A program made the translations under genes and the position numbers. DNA of 45,823 bases from a virus (Duplodnaviria; Caudoviricetes). The stretch is taken from the IMG/VR virus record IMGVR_UViG_3300022852_000153, positions 1 through 45,823 of that record; one strand, 5' to 3'. Positions 36,069 to 44,499 of this stretch are shown piece after piece. The notes under the pieces were generated by a model. It did no database searches. It saw only the letters and a program-made list of their open reading frames with translations, and was not told the origin of the DNA. Each line of letters starts with the position of its first letter. The stretch's first letter is position 1.

Positions 36069-36262
36069 TGAGGGTATGCAGTACGCCCAGGCGATGGGCA
36101 GCGAGATGAGACAGCGACGATAACTCCCGGCAACGGGGATGCTCTAGGTACTGCCATAGGTGGTAGTCAGAGAGGATTCTAAATCCTCGATCCAAGTGAA
36201 CCTGCCAAGCGCGGAATCAGTGCCACGCCGCAACCGGGGATCGCATCCCGGACCCTCACCCC
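36069..36262 (+). ncRNA. tRNA-shaped kissing-loop element C
   Basis: TGAGGGT/ACCCTCA closing stem; GCCC-AGGCGAT-GGGC; CCGGG-GATCGCAT-CCCGG; loops complementary (GCGAT/ATCGC). Confidence 0.58.
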
Positions 36263-36342
36263 TCAAGCCCCCACTATTCCCCCTAATTCTCCCGTGCAGG
36301 GTATGCCGGGGGAGAACGGGGGCTTACCTGCTTGGAGACAAC

Positions 36343-36552
36343 GTGAAGCCGAAGCTCAGATACGCATTGGGGATGATCGTAATGCCCATCGTGTTCCCAC
36401 TTTGTGCCGTGTGGTCGTTCATCTTGAACCTGAAATCTGCAGCTAAAGAGTGCGCCCAAGACACTGCCTATGACGTTGGCCGCGATTGGGACTCACTCTG
36501 CCGTCTCTACAAGGCGGCGATCAACGAGTTTTTGAAAAAGGACCGCTCATGA
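36343..36552 (+). CDS. Small membrane protein
   Basis: GGAG RBS + GTG; hydrophobic segment YALGMIVMPIVFPLCAVWSFIL; ATGA overlap with next gene. Confidence 0.55.
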   Translation: MKPKLRYALGMIVMPIVFPLCAVWSFILNLKSAAKECAQDTAYDVGRDWDSLCRLYKAAINEFLKKDRS

Positions 36553-36932
36553 ACTCCCCTGTGAAACTCCCGCCGCTTCCTCCGATCCCGTGGGCAGTTC
36601 TAGGCGGCATAGCGAACGATTGCGTTAGCGCTGAAGCCATCCACGAATATGCCACTGCCTACGCCGCCCAAGCAGTACGTCCGTACGTCACCGCTTTGGA
36701 ACGCATCGCCTCGGAAGAATTCATCAGCCTTGGGGAAGGCAATGTTGATGTGCGCCCGTCCCTAAGTGAGCGCCAGGCGTGCGATCTCGCGGTCCTGACT
36801 TTGCGAGGCCTTGTTGATTGCGGGGCGTGTTGCGGATCGGGCCGCGTTGTACGTGATCCGGATATCGGTACCGACCAGGAATGCTGGGTGTGTGACGGAC
36901 AAGGAACCGTATCGGAGCATGACGATGGATGA
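36549..36932 (+). CDS. Hypothetical protein with C-terminal DnaJ-type CxxCxGxG zinc finger
   Basis: CGACCGSG...CWVCDGQG. Confidence 0.65.
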   Translation: MNSPVKLPPLPPIPWAVLGGIANDCVSAEAIHEYATAYAAQAVRPYVTALERIASEEFISLGEGNVDVRPSLSERQACDLAVLTLRGLVDCGACCGSGRVVRDPDIGTDQECWVCDGQGTVSEHDDG

Positions 36933-37020
36933 CCTCAAGCACATGCTGCACAACGCCTGGGCCATGCGCTGGTACTACGCAACCCTAATTATCCCGCTCG
37001 CGTGCGTAGTGGGGTGGTAG
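36919..37020 (+). CDS. Small hydrophobic peptide
   Basis: GGAG RBS; MTMDDLKHMLHNAWAMRWYYATLIIPLACVVGW. Confidence 0.45.
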   Translation: MTMDDLKHMLHNAWAMRWYYATLIIPLACVVGW

Positions 37021-37029
37021 GAGATCGAA

Positions 37030-37599
37030 ATGGAGCTGATAGAAGAATGGCGTCCCGTTGTTGGATACGAAACTCGCTATGAGGTTAGCAACATAGGTAG
37101 AGTTCGATCGCTAGCGGGTCGTCACGGACCATATCCAGCGCCTAGAGTGCTTCAGCCCGGGAGAACAAACGGCTATCCATACGTGAACCTACTTCTGCGT
37201 GGCATCCAAAAAACCCATTGCATACACCGATTAGTTGCACGGGCTTTCTGCTTCGGATACTCGCCAGGCATGCACGTGAATCATAAAAACGGAGTGCGCC
37301 ATGACAACCGAGTACAAAACCTGGAATGGGTAACGCCTACCGAAAACCAACGCCATTCATGGCGTGAGCTAGGCAGAAAAGGGACCGCAACCGGCAAGAC
37401 TGGGGCGGCCCATAACAGAAGCCGAGCCGTGACCGTTATGACACCAGCTGGATCGGTTCTTTACTTTGGGAGCCAACGTGAAGCTGCACGCTCTCTAGGA
37501 GTAAACCAAGCCAGCATATCCGCCTGTATTACAGGACGCCAAAAGCAAGTCCGAGGTTATTTGATTTATCGATCTAAATCCGGAGGTCAGGATGAGTAA
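37030..37599 (+). CDS. NUMOD4-HNH homing endonuclease with C-terminal NUMOD1-like HTH
   Basis: EEWRPVVGYETRYEVSNIGRVRS, IHRLVARAF...VNHKNGVRHDNRVQNLEW, FGSQREAARSLGV. Confidence 0.9.
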   Translation: MELIEEWRPVVGYETRYEVSNIGRVRSLAGRHGPYPAPRVLQPGRTNGYPYVNLLLRGIQKTHCIHRLVARAFCFGYSPGMHVNHKNGVRHDNRVQNLEWVTPTENQRHSWRELGRKGTATGKTGAAHNRSRAVTVMTPAGSVLYFGSQREAARSLGVNQASISACITGRQKQVRGYLIYRSKSGGQDE

Positions 37600-37864
37600 T
37601 TGGCACGGAGACGAACAGTACGAAGTCCTCACTGCCACCGTGCAGGACGTATGCCAGACGCTGGGCAACCCTGCTAGCTGGGACGCAGACGGGCATGACG
37701 CGCTGTGGTGGACCAAGCGGCTGGAGGATGCGGACTTCTTCGCAAATCTCGGGCATGCGGATCATCTGGCGATCTTGCAGGCGGTGATGAACAGTAATTC
37801 GCAGTGGGTGCTTCACCTACAGCGCGACATCAAGCACGCGATCAAGACTGAATTGGAGGGTTAG
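37592..37864 (+). CDS. Hypothetical protein
   Basis: GGAGG RBS; coupled to neighbours. Confidence 0.65.
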   Translation: MSNWHGDEQYEVLTATVQDVCQTLGNPASWDADGHDALWWTKRLEDADFFANLGHADHLAILQAVMNSNSQWVLHLQRDIKHAIKTELEG

Positions 37865-38146
37865 ATGGGCGACATGGGAGATTACTGGCGAGACGTGAAG
37901 CCAGCCCTTAAAGAACGCAGCCAGCAGAAGCGCGCATCCAACCGCCAGAACGGCGCTGCACAACTGCTCGCAGCAGGCTTCTCGTTTGAAAGCAGGAACG
38001 GCGGCGCACATCTAATTGTTCAGGCTAAAGATCATGTTGTGGATTACTGGCCCGGAACCGGGAAATGGGCGACACGAGGTTTCAAATTCGGCTTGATTGG
38101 GCGCGGTATCGCCCGACTGCTAGACCACCTAAGGAAGCAGACATGA
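37865..38146 (+). CDS. Hypothetical phage protein
   Basis: GGAGG RBS; MGDMGDYWRD...NGGAHLIV...VDYWPGTGKW. Confidence 0.7.
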   Translation: MGDMGDYWRDVKPALKERSQQKRASNRQNGAAQLLAAGFSFESRNGGAHLIVQAKDHVVDYWPGTGKWATRGFKFGLIGRGIARLLDHLRKQT

Positions 38147-38313
38147 CCCGCCTACTCCGCAAGATCCTCCAAGCCGATGCCCACTCGTTAGTGGGCATTT
38201 TCTCGATCATCTGCGCCCTCGTAGGCGCCCTGGCATGCGTCCAACAGGCCGACCAAGAATCCGCCGAACGTTGGGCGAAGGACGGCGGGACCCGATACGC
38301 CGCAAAGGAATAG
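38143..38313 (+). CDS. Small membrane protein
   Basis: ATGA overlap; one hydrophobic helix. Confidence 0.55.
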   Translation: MTRLLRKILQADAHSLVGIFSIICALVGALACVQQADQESAERWAKDGGTRYAAKE

Positions 38314-38315
38314 AC

Positions 38316-38801
38316 ATGTCCAAGACACACTGGAAGCTCCTGATCAACCCTGACTACATCGGAGCCTACGCGCTGGAAGAAGGTCAGGACCTGACGGTGA
38401 CGATTGACTGGGTGCAACAGGAAACGGTCACCGGGACGGGCGGCAAGAAAGAAGACTGCACGGTTGCCCACCTAGTGGGCCAGAAGCCGATGATCTTGAA
38501 CGTCACCAATTCCAAGATGATCGCCAAGCTGTACGGACCTTACATCGAGGACTGGGCCGGTAAGCCGATCACGCTGTATGCCAGCACTACGAAGCTGGCC
38601 GGGGAAACCGTGGAATGCCTGCGGGTCCGTCCGAAGGTGACGGTGAAGAAGCCGCCGACCATCAATGCTGAGCGGTTCAGCAAGGCCATCCAGTCGATCA
38701 AGGAAGGCTCCTACACCACGGACAAGCTGCGGGCCAACTTCAGCCTGACGCCTGAACAGGAAAAGGAACTTGAGGAGGCGCTAGGTGAAGCCACTGTTTA
38801 A
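38316..38801 (+). CDS. Uncharacterised protein in the single-strand annealing protein position
   Basis: AAGGA RBS; overlaps exonuclease start; KPMILNVTNSKMIAKLYGPYIEDWAGKPITLY core. Confidence 0.6.
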   Translation: MSKTHWKLLINPDYIGAYALEEGQDLTVTIDWVQQETVTGTGGKKEDCTVAHLVGQKPMILNVTNSKMIAKLYGPYIEDWAGKPITLYASTTKLAGETVECLRVRPKVTVKKPPTINAERFSKAIQSIKEGSYTTDKLRANFSLTPEQEKELEEALGEATV

Positions 38802-39423
38802 GGTCCGCTGCTCGTCCCTCAGCACGATCATGACCGACCCGAAGACAAAGGGAGCGGTGCTGTCTGAAGGAGCCAAGACGTACTTAGAAGGGGTGGCGAA
38901 GGAACTGGTCTACGGCTACACCTACTGCCCCACGGCCAAGTACATGGAGAAAGGCACGCTTGTAGAGGATCAGTCCATCGCCCTCTACAACTCGGTCTTC
39001 TTCACCAACCACACCAAGAACACGGAGCGTCGGGAAACCGAATTCTTGACCGGTGAATGCGACATCTTCACCGGCTCCAAGATCATCGACATCAAGTCAG
39101 CATGGTCACTCTACACCTTCCCTGCCACTGCCGCCATGGGAGCCAGCAAGGAGTACGAATGGCAAATGCGCGGCTACATGAGGCTGTGGGACGTGGACGA
39201 GGCTGAGGTTGCCTACTGCCTCGTAAACACGCCTGATGAGCTGGTGGGCTACGAGGATCCGGACCTTCACTACGTTGACCACATCGACGAGGTTCTGCGC
39301 ATAACCCGGGTCCAGTACACCCGGGACCGAGAACTGGAAGACAAGATGGAAGCCCGCGCCTTAGCGGCCCAGCAGTACGTCATTGAAGCCATGCAGCGCA
39401 TTGGCGAAGAACACCAAGGATAG
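38785..39423 (+). CDS. Lambda-exonuclease/YqaJ-like PD-(D/E)xK nuclease
   Basis: RCSSL, MEKGTLVED, TGECD...IIDIK, YEWQMRGYM. Confidence 0.82.
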   Translation: MKPLFKVRCSSLSTIMTDPKTKGAVLSEGAKTYLEGVAKELVYGYTYCPTAKYMEKGTLVEDQSIALYNSVFFTNHTKNTERRETEFLTGECDIFTGSKIIDIKSAWSLYTFPATAAMGASKEYEWQMRGYMRLWDVDEAEVAYCLVNTPDELVGYEDPDLHYVDHIDEVLRITRVQYTRDRELEDKMEARALAAQQYVIEAMQRIGEEHQG

Positions 39424-39426
39424 ACC

Positions 39427-39873
39427 ATGGCATCGGTTAACAAAGTAATTTTGGTCGGAAATCTAGGCCGCGATCCTGAAGTTCGCTACAGCCCTGACGG
39501 TGGAGCTATCTGCAATATGTCCGTGGCTACCACATCGTCTTGGAAAGACAAGACCTCGGGGGAGAAACGTGAAGAGGTCGAGTGGCATCGAGTCGTCATG
39601 TACAACCGTCTCGCTGAAATTGCGGGTGAGTACCTGAAGAAGGGCCGCGCAGTCTACATCGAAGGCCGGTTGAAGACCCGAAAATGGCAGGACAAAGATA
39701 CAGGCGCGGATCGCTATGCGACCGAGGTTGTAGCCGACCAGATGCAAATGCTGGGCGGCAAGGGCGACGAAGTAGACCGCGCCCCATCGCAGCGCCCCGC
39801 CCCGAAGCAGACCCAACGCCAAGCCCCCGCCCAGCCTGGCGGCTACGACGACGCGGATCCCCCTCCGTTCTGA
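39427..39873 (+). CDS. ssb: Single-stranded DNA-binding protein
   Basis: [21 protein letters not shown]...EWHRVV...[11 protein letters not shown]; acidic tail ending PF. Confidence 0.96.
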   Translation: MASVNKVILVGNLGRDPEVRYSPDGGAICNMSVATTSSWKDKTSGEKREEVEWHRVVMYNRLAEIAGEYLKKGRAVYIEGRLKTRKWQDKDTGADRYATEVVADQMQMLGGKGDEVDRAPSQRPAPKQTQRQAPAQPGGYDDADPPPF

Positions 39874-39955
39874 TCCCCGGAAGCTCCCAGCACAACCCAC
39901 CTGGAACCCTCAGCATCCGCTGGGGGCTGCCACCCTATTCCTTGGGAGAAGTCTG

Positions 39956-40480
39956 ATGATTCCGAAAAATACATCTTTCTCCGTTGAAGAAATCCGCGCA
40001 ACCTTTTTGCACAAAGACGGCCAGCTTTATTGGAATGTGGCCAAACAAAGAGTCAAGAAAGGCATGAGGGCTGGGTGCCTCGACAGACAAGGTTATGTAG
40101 TTCTGGTTTACAGAGGAAGCTTCCTCCAAGCACATCGCCTGATATGGGTTATCGAGCATGGCTATTGGCCTGATGAGATTGACCACATCAATGGCGACCG
40201 AGCAGATAACCGACTCTCGAACTTGAGAGCGTGCAACCGCCAGCAAAACATGGCTAACCGCACTTTCTCTCGACAGGGCCGCAAAGGAACCAGATGGATC
40301 CCCTCAATTCAAAAATTCCAGGCCTACGTGGCCGGGAAATACGTGGGGACTTACAAAACAGTGGAAGAGGCTGCTCGAGCCTATGACGAAGCGGCAATCG
40401 CCAAGTGGGGAGAGTTTGCCAAGACAAACTACCCGCAATCCGAGAAGGTTCCTAGCTATGAACCCCGCCATCCCGCCTAA
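39956..40480 (+). CDS. HNH-AP2 homing endonuclease
   Basis: AHRLIW...IDHINGDRADNRLSNLR; YVGTYKTVEEAARAYDEAAIAKWGEFAKTN. Confidence 0.9.
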   Translation: MIPKNTSFSVEEIRATFLHKDGQLYWNVAKQRVKKGMRAGCLDRQGYVVLVYRGSFLQAHRLIWVIEHGYWPDEIDHINGDRADNRLSNLRACNRQQNMANRTFSRQGRKGTRWIPSIQKFQAYVAGKYVGTYKTVEEAARAYDEAAIAKWGEFAKTNYPQSEKVPSYEPRHPA

Positions 40481-40490
40481 CGGAGCAGAT

Positions 40491-40655
40491 ATGGACCTCG
40501 CGCAACAACTCGAGCAAGCCGACGCAGACCGCGTTGACGGCATCACGACCGACAAGCAGTACATGGAGCGCCGTGCCGAGATTGTGGCGCGGGCCGTGGA
40601 CTTCGACGACCTGATTATGCAAGCCAAGGAGCGTGCGCTCCTGAGGGGGATGTGA
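40491..40655 (+). CDS. Hypothetical protein
   Basis: GGAG RBS before ATG 40491; TGATG coupling to next ORF. Confidence 0.5.
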   Translation: MDLAQQLEQADADRVDGITTDKQYMERRAEIVARAVDFDDLIMQAKERALLRGM

Positions 40656-40813
40656 TGGATAGCTACGAAATGCCTGAACCGGATGAAGCCATCGTTGAGC
40701 GGGTGCTGATGCGTTGGGGGCTTGCTGGCTTCGCTGTTGGCCTCGTCGTGCTGTGTACCGCCATCGTTTATGTCAGCCACCGCCTTGCATCCATCCTTTT
40801 CCCTGGAGCGTGA
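40655..40813 (+). CDS. 52-aa membrane peptide (not in ORF track)
   Basis: GAGGGGG RBS; MDSYEMPEPDEAIVERVLMRWGLAGFAVGLVVLCTAIVYVSHRLASILFPGA. Confidence 0.55.
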   Translation: MDSYEMPEPDEAIVERVLMRWGLAGFAVGLVVLCTAIVYVSHRLASILFPGA

Positions 40814-40817
40814 ACAA

Positions 40818-41345
40818 ATGACCCAACAATGGAACGCCGAAGCGTTGCGCGAATCACTGCTTTGGACGGCCAGCAGCTTGGCGGCGCTGGGCAAAGAGCA
40901 GGATGTGATCGTGCTGGAAGGTCGTCGCCGCACCGTTGCCGAGATTCTGGACGAGGCGAACGACGCGCTCGAAGTGGACACCCCTCCCGCCAGCGCACAG
41001 GACGATGCGAAGGACGAGCGGCAGGCGCAGCCCATCAAGCTGGTGCACCTGGCCGTCGCCGAGGATGGCGGCATCCGCTTCATTACGGGCCGCAAGTTGC
41101 CGGACGGCATCGAAAGCTGCGAGTTGTACGCGATGCCCGACTACGGACGAGCGCCTGCTGAATTGTTCCACGCTCCCGCTGCTGGCGACGCGCGGTCGCC
41201 AGTCCTCAACATCGAGGCCGCTGCGAAAGCGTTGGCCGAATGCATGGACTACCCGTGGGCGCACATGCCCGAGCAGGGTCGCGCTGCCATGCGTGAACAC
41301 GCTCAGACCGTGATCCGCGCAGCCTCTCAGCAGCAGGAGGGGTAG
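40818..41345 (+). CDS. Mosaic early protein (Ead/Ea22-like position)
   Basis: GGAG RBS; short domains joined by linkers TPPASAQDDAKDER and APAAGDAR. Confidence 0.6.
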   Translation: MTQQWNAEALRESLLWTASSLAALGKEQDVIVLEGRRRTVAEILDEANDALEVDTPPASAQDDAKDERQAQPIKLVHLAVAEDGGIRFITGRKLPDGIESCELYAMPDYGRAPAELFHAPAAGDARSPVLNIEAAAKALAECMDYPWAHMPEQGRAAMREHAQTVIRAASQQQEG

Positions 41346-41347
41346 AC

Positions 41348-41863
41348 ATGGACCAGATCGAAGACAGCGGTCAGTTGACGCTTCTGGATTCCGCCGCACC
41401 GGATGGGTGCGGGACCGAGGATAGCAACCCCGGTATTGGAAAGGGTGCGGTAGCGACGCACCACGAGTCGGCTCAGACGATGGCGCATGACGGCTCTGCG
41501 AGCGGCGTATCCGCTCAACCGTCTCCCAAGATTGCAGAGCTTCTGATGATGGGTCCGGACGAGACGACGCCTATGCCGTCATTCGATGCTACCAAGGTAT
41601 TCCTGCGTGAATACTACCTACATAGCCGGTTCGAGGGCCGTGATGGCCCAGCCTGGAGCCGCAACTATTCGGACGTGGTGACACGCAGCAAGTTGGAAGA
41701 TCTGACCATCCACGCCATCACGGGCGTGAGCATGTACGACTGCAACCGTGGCCGTGCTGTCTGGTTCGATCGCTCTCTAACCGTTCTGAATCCTGATGAA
41801 GCGCCGGCGCAGATCCAGAAGCACCCGGGCAACCTCACACACATCTACGGACAATCGCTATGA
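41348..41863 (+). CDS. Hypothetical protein
   Basis: GGAGGGG RBS; ATGA overlap with next gene. Confidence 0.6.
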   Translation: MDQIEDSGQLTLLDSAAPDGCGTEDSNPGIGKGAVATHHESAQTMAHDGSASGVSAQPSPKIAELLMMGPDETTPMPSFDATKVFLREYYLHSRFEGRDGPAWSRNYSDVVTRSKLEDLTIHAITGVSMYDCNRGRAVWFDRSLTVLNPDEAPAQIQKHPGNLTHIYGQSL

Positions 41864-42837
41864 CCACCCACACCCCCGCCCCGGCGCAGGCAGCCGAGCA
41901 GATTCTCGACGCGATCCGCTCGGCCGGATACCGCGACCATCCGACCAACATCGAGCGAAAGCGCGTCGACGCCATCATCAGCGCGGTCACTCCCCTGCTG
42001 TCCAAGCTGCGCGCCCCTGTAGCCGATGAGCGGGACCGTAACGCCACTATCAGCGAAGTGGTTGGGCTGTGCAACCGCATCCCCGGCGCTACCACATGGA
42101 ACGCCGCTGAGTTCATGTACGACGAAATGCACCGCCGCGCCGCCCTGGCAAGCGCCCCTGTAGCCGGGGAGGCGCAGCACTCGGACGATGCGGCCGTTGA
42201 TCGGTTTGCCGTCGCCATGAAAGCCAAGCTCGCGGCGAAACGCGCGGCAGGCCGGGGCGGCTGGGACGACAAAGCGCAGTGCAGCAACGAATGGCTGTCG
42301 TCATTACTTCGCCAGCACCTGGAAAAGGGAGATCCGCTGGACGTGGCCAATTTCGCCATGATGCTGCACCAGCGCGGCGAGCGCATTATTCCCTACAGGG
42401 ACGCGCCCGAGGCCAGCGAGGCGGTAAATGCCGCGATGGCGGACGAGTATCGACGCTGGATCGACTACTACCACCAGGGCCGGGACTACGACGATTTCCT
42501 CAAGGAGTGCGTCTATGGACATAAGCCCGCGCCTGTGGACACAAGCTCTGGACTTAATGCTGTGCCCCAGGCCAGCGAGGCGCAATGCTCCTGCCCCAGC
42601 GGCGACGGCTCCGTGCGTCATCCGTGCGCGGTGCATCCACAGGCCAGCGAGGCGGTGCGCGATGCCGACCGCCAACAGGCAAGTGCGCCACTTCTCAAGG
42701 CTGCTCGGCGTGCAGTTCTCGCACTCGCTGCTGCCGCAGAGCGTGACCCTGCATTCCAGGGCGATTACGACGCGTTGAGTGCCGCCCTGTCCGCGCAACC
42801 GGGCGCGCAGAAGAACGGAGGCGGCGATGGACGATAA
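41860..42837 (+). CDS. Mosaic multi-module early protein with repeated linkers
   Basis: APVA x2 and ASEA x3 linkers; module DRFAVAMKAKL...KGDPLDVANFAMMLHQ; CSC...CAVH module. Confidence 0.7.
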   Translation: MTTHTPAPAQAAEQILDAIRSAGYRDHPTNIERKRVDAIISAVTPLLSKLRAPVADERDRNATISEVVGLCNRIPGATTWNAAEFMYDEMHRRAALASAPVAGEAQHSDDAAVDRFAVAMKAKLAAKRAAGRGGWDDKAQCSNEWLSSLLRQHLEKGDPLDVANFAMMLHQRGERIIPYRDAPEASEAVNAAMADEYRRWIDYYHQGRDYDDFLKECVYGHKPAPVDTSSGLNAVPQASEAQCSCPSGDGSVRHPCAVHPQASEAVRDADRQQASAPLLKAARRAVLALAAAAERDPAFQGDYDALSAALSAQPGAQKNGGGDGR

Positions 42838-43174
42838 GACCACTGAGTGGCTCAAGAGCCTCCAATATTTGCCGGAAGGCCTGCGCGACTTCCATGACCA
42901 GAAGGATGTATTCAAGGCCATGCACGACATCATCAACGTGCAGGGACATGAGTATGCGCGCTCCGTCGATTGGGTCACCGGGCAATGCTACGTGATCGAT
43001 ATCTTCCTGTGGTTCATGGCGCGCCGTGGCTACACGCTCCAGCGCAGCCGCGCCAAGGTGCCCTTCCGTGACCTGCATGAAGACGTGGCGAACGCTCGAA
43101 CGCAGCGACTTTCCAAGGGGCTGCCAATCCAGGCCCACCCCGACCACAAGGACGGAGGCGCCGTTTATGAATGA
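42827..43174 (+). CDS. Hypothetical phage protein
   Basis: GGAGG RBS; YLPEGLRDFHDQKDVFKAMH...YVIDIFLWFMARRGYTLQ. Confidence 0.7.
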   Translation: MDDKTTEWLKSLQYLPEGLRDFHDQKDVFKAMHDIINVQGHEYARSVDWVTGQCYVIDIFLWFMARRGYTLQRSRAKVPFRDLHEDVANARTQRLSKGLPIQAHPDHKDGGAVYE

Positions 43175-43481
43175 GCTGAAACCTTGCCCTTTCTGCGGCT
43201 CCAAAGCTTTCGCCACCTACAAGACCGACGACAGAGACATATGCCGTCATTCCGTGCATTGCCTCGGTCGCTGCGGCGCACAGATGGGCGGCAGTTTCAT
43301 CACTCACTACAGCGAGGAAAGCGCCGTCAACGCGTGGAACCGCCGCGCACCTGACGCCCGCCTGGCCGCCCAGCTCCGCGAGTGCGCCGAAACCCTCGGG
43401 GCCGACCAGATCGACGAGCAGCGCGCCATGCGGTCCTATGCCGATTCGGTCAAGCTGCTGGATGAATTGAAGGAGAAATGA
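43167..43481 (+). CDS. Lar-family (restriction alleviation-like) zinc-finger protein
   Basis: MNELKPCPFCGS...CLGRCGA...AVNAWNRR. Confidence 0.75.
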   Translation: MNELKPCPFCGSKAFATYKTDDRDICRHSVHCLGRCGAQMGGSFITHYSEESAVNAWNRRAPDARLAAQLRECAETLGADQIDEQRAMRSYADSVKLLDELKEK

Positions 43482-43729
43482 TGCGTAAGGAAGACTTGGA
43501 CGCCATAGCCACCCGCGAGGCGCACTGCAAGCCCTATGGCTCTGCGGTGACGCTCAGTATTGGAGAGCGAGACGAGCTGGTGGCGCTGGCGAGGGATGGG
43601 ATGCGGTATCGGCACATTCGCCCCGGGAATGCCTTGGTCTGGTGCCAAGCCGGAGATGATCTTCTCGACGGGGAAGAACTAGATTCAGCCATAGACGCCG
43701 AGATGGCGAAGATTGAACAGCCCGCCTAG
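43478..43729 (+). CDS. Hypothetical protein
   Basis: AAGGAG RBS; ARDGMRYRHIR...LDSAIDAEM. Confidence 0.65.
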   Translation: MMRKEDLDAIATREAHCKPYGSAVTLSIGERDELVALARDGMRYRHIRPGNALVWCQAGDDLLDGEELDSAIDAEMAKIEQPA

Positions 43730-43755
43730 CGCGGGCTTTGTTTTGGAGCCTGGAA

Positions 43756-44058
43756 ATGGAAGAACACTTCAAGGAAGTCGTGGACTGGGTTGGCGAGAAC
43801 TATCCCGCCTACAAGGGATGGCGCATGCGGTCTTTCGCATGGGAATACGATATCGCGTCCAGCGCTCAAGAGATCGTCAATGCCGCTGATGACGCTATTG
43901 AACGTGGTGACGATGTACGTCGGTCCGACTTCGATGGGATCGTAGAGAGAGTCATCCCGCCCGAAGGCTACGCCTACATCACCTTCCAGAAAGACAACAC
44001 CAGGGTTGGGATAAACGTTCCCTGCCACGTGTTCCAGAAGCAACCCCAGCCCGACTAA
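43756..44058 (+). CDS. Hypothetical protein
   Basis: Starts after repeat copy 1 RBS; stop lies in the loop of copy 2. Confidence 0.65.
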   Translation: MEEHFKEVVDWVGENYPAYKGWRMRSFAWEYDIASSAQEIVNAADDAIERGDDVRRSDFDGIVERVIPPEGYAYITFQKDNTRVGINVPCHVFQKQPQPD

Positions 44059-44084
44059 CCCTCGGGCTTTATTTTGGAGGTGGT

Positions 44085-44222
44085 ATGCGACGTTACCGCG
44101 CCCTACGGAAGCTTGGATGCGGCTGGTTCACGTCCGGCTTCATCGCGTGGTTGAACTTCCTGTTCAACGTGCCGGAGAACGAAATCCGGTTCATGCACCT
44201 GACCATTGAGATGGAAGACTGA
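44085..44222 (+). CDS. 45-aa peptide (not in ORF track)
   Basis: GGAGGT RBS in repeat copy 2; MRRYRALRKLGCGWFTSGFIAWLNFLFNVPENEIRFMHLTIEMED. Confidence 0.55.
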   Translation: MRRYRALRKLGCGWFTSGFIAWLNFLFNVPENEIRFMHLTIEMED

Positions 44223-44223
44223 T

Positions 44224-44439
44224 ATGGCACTCAAACTCAACGTGGAGTTAGACGACTCTGCAATCCTAGCCGCGCTTAAAGGGGCGAGCCATGCCGATCT
44301 GGAAAAGCTGATCTTCGACATAGATCTAAGCGTGAGCGAGAAGACTTTTACCGTAGGCGTCATCAGGCTATTGATAGAGAGTCTTCAATCAGAAGGCCTC
44401 TTTGTCACCCCGCAGGAGATCGGTCTAGACCTCGAGTGA
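44224..44439 (+). CDS. Hypothetical protein
   Basis: Starts 1 nt after previous stop; MALKLNVELDD... Confidence 0.55.
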   Translation: MALKLNVELDDSAILAALKGASHADLEKLIFDIDLSVSEKTFTVGVIRLLIESLQSEGLFVTPQEIGLDLE

Positions 44440-44499
44440 CAGTCAGACCACGGAAGTACATCCAGCCCGCTTACAGCGGGCTTTGTTTTTGGAGGCGAT

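Larger units (their letters stand above)
43718..44494 (+). repeat. Three copies of CAGCCCG-hairpin-CGGGCTTTRTTTT(T)GGAG
   Basis: Copies at 43718-43748, 44047-44079 and 44463-44494, each 5-7 nt before an ATG. Confidence 0.85.

Noticed and set aside
34381-36262. Canonical tRNA or tmRNA genes
   Set aside because: No 7-nt anticodon loop, no GTTCRA T-loop, no tag ORF; reported as tRNA-shaped elements instead.
35809-36342. Short ORFs listed across the structured RNA region, including the 5' part of 36160-36552
   Set aside because: No RBS, overlapping on both strands, no protein-like features; better explained by RNA structure.
43718-44494. CRISPR array or integron attC array
   Set aside because: Spacing is 330-415 nt with variable loops, no cas genes, no RYYYAAC/GTTRRRY cores, and the recombinase looks like an ordinary phage integrase with an xis partner.
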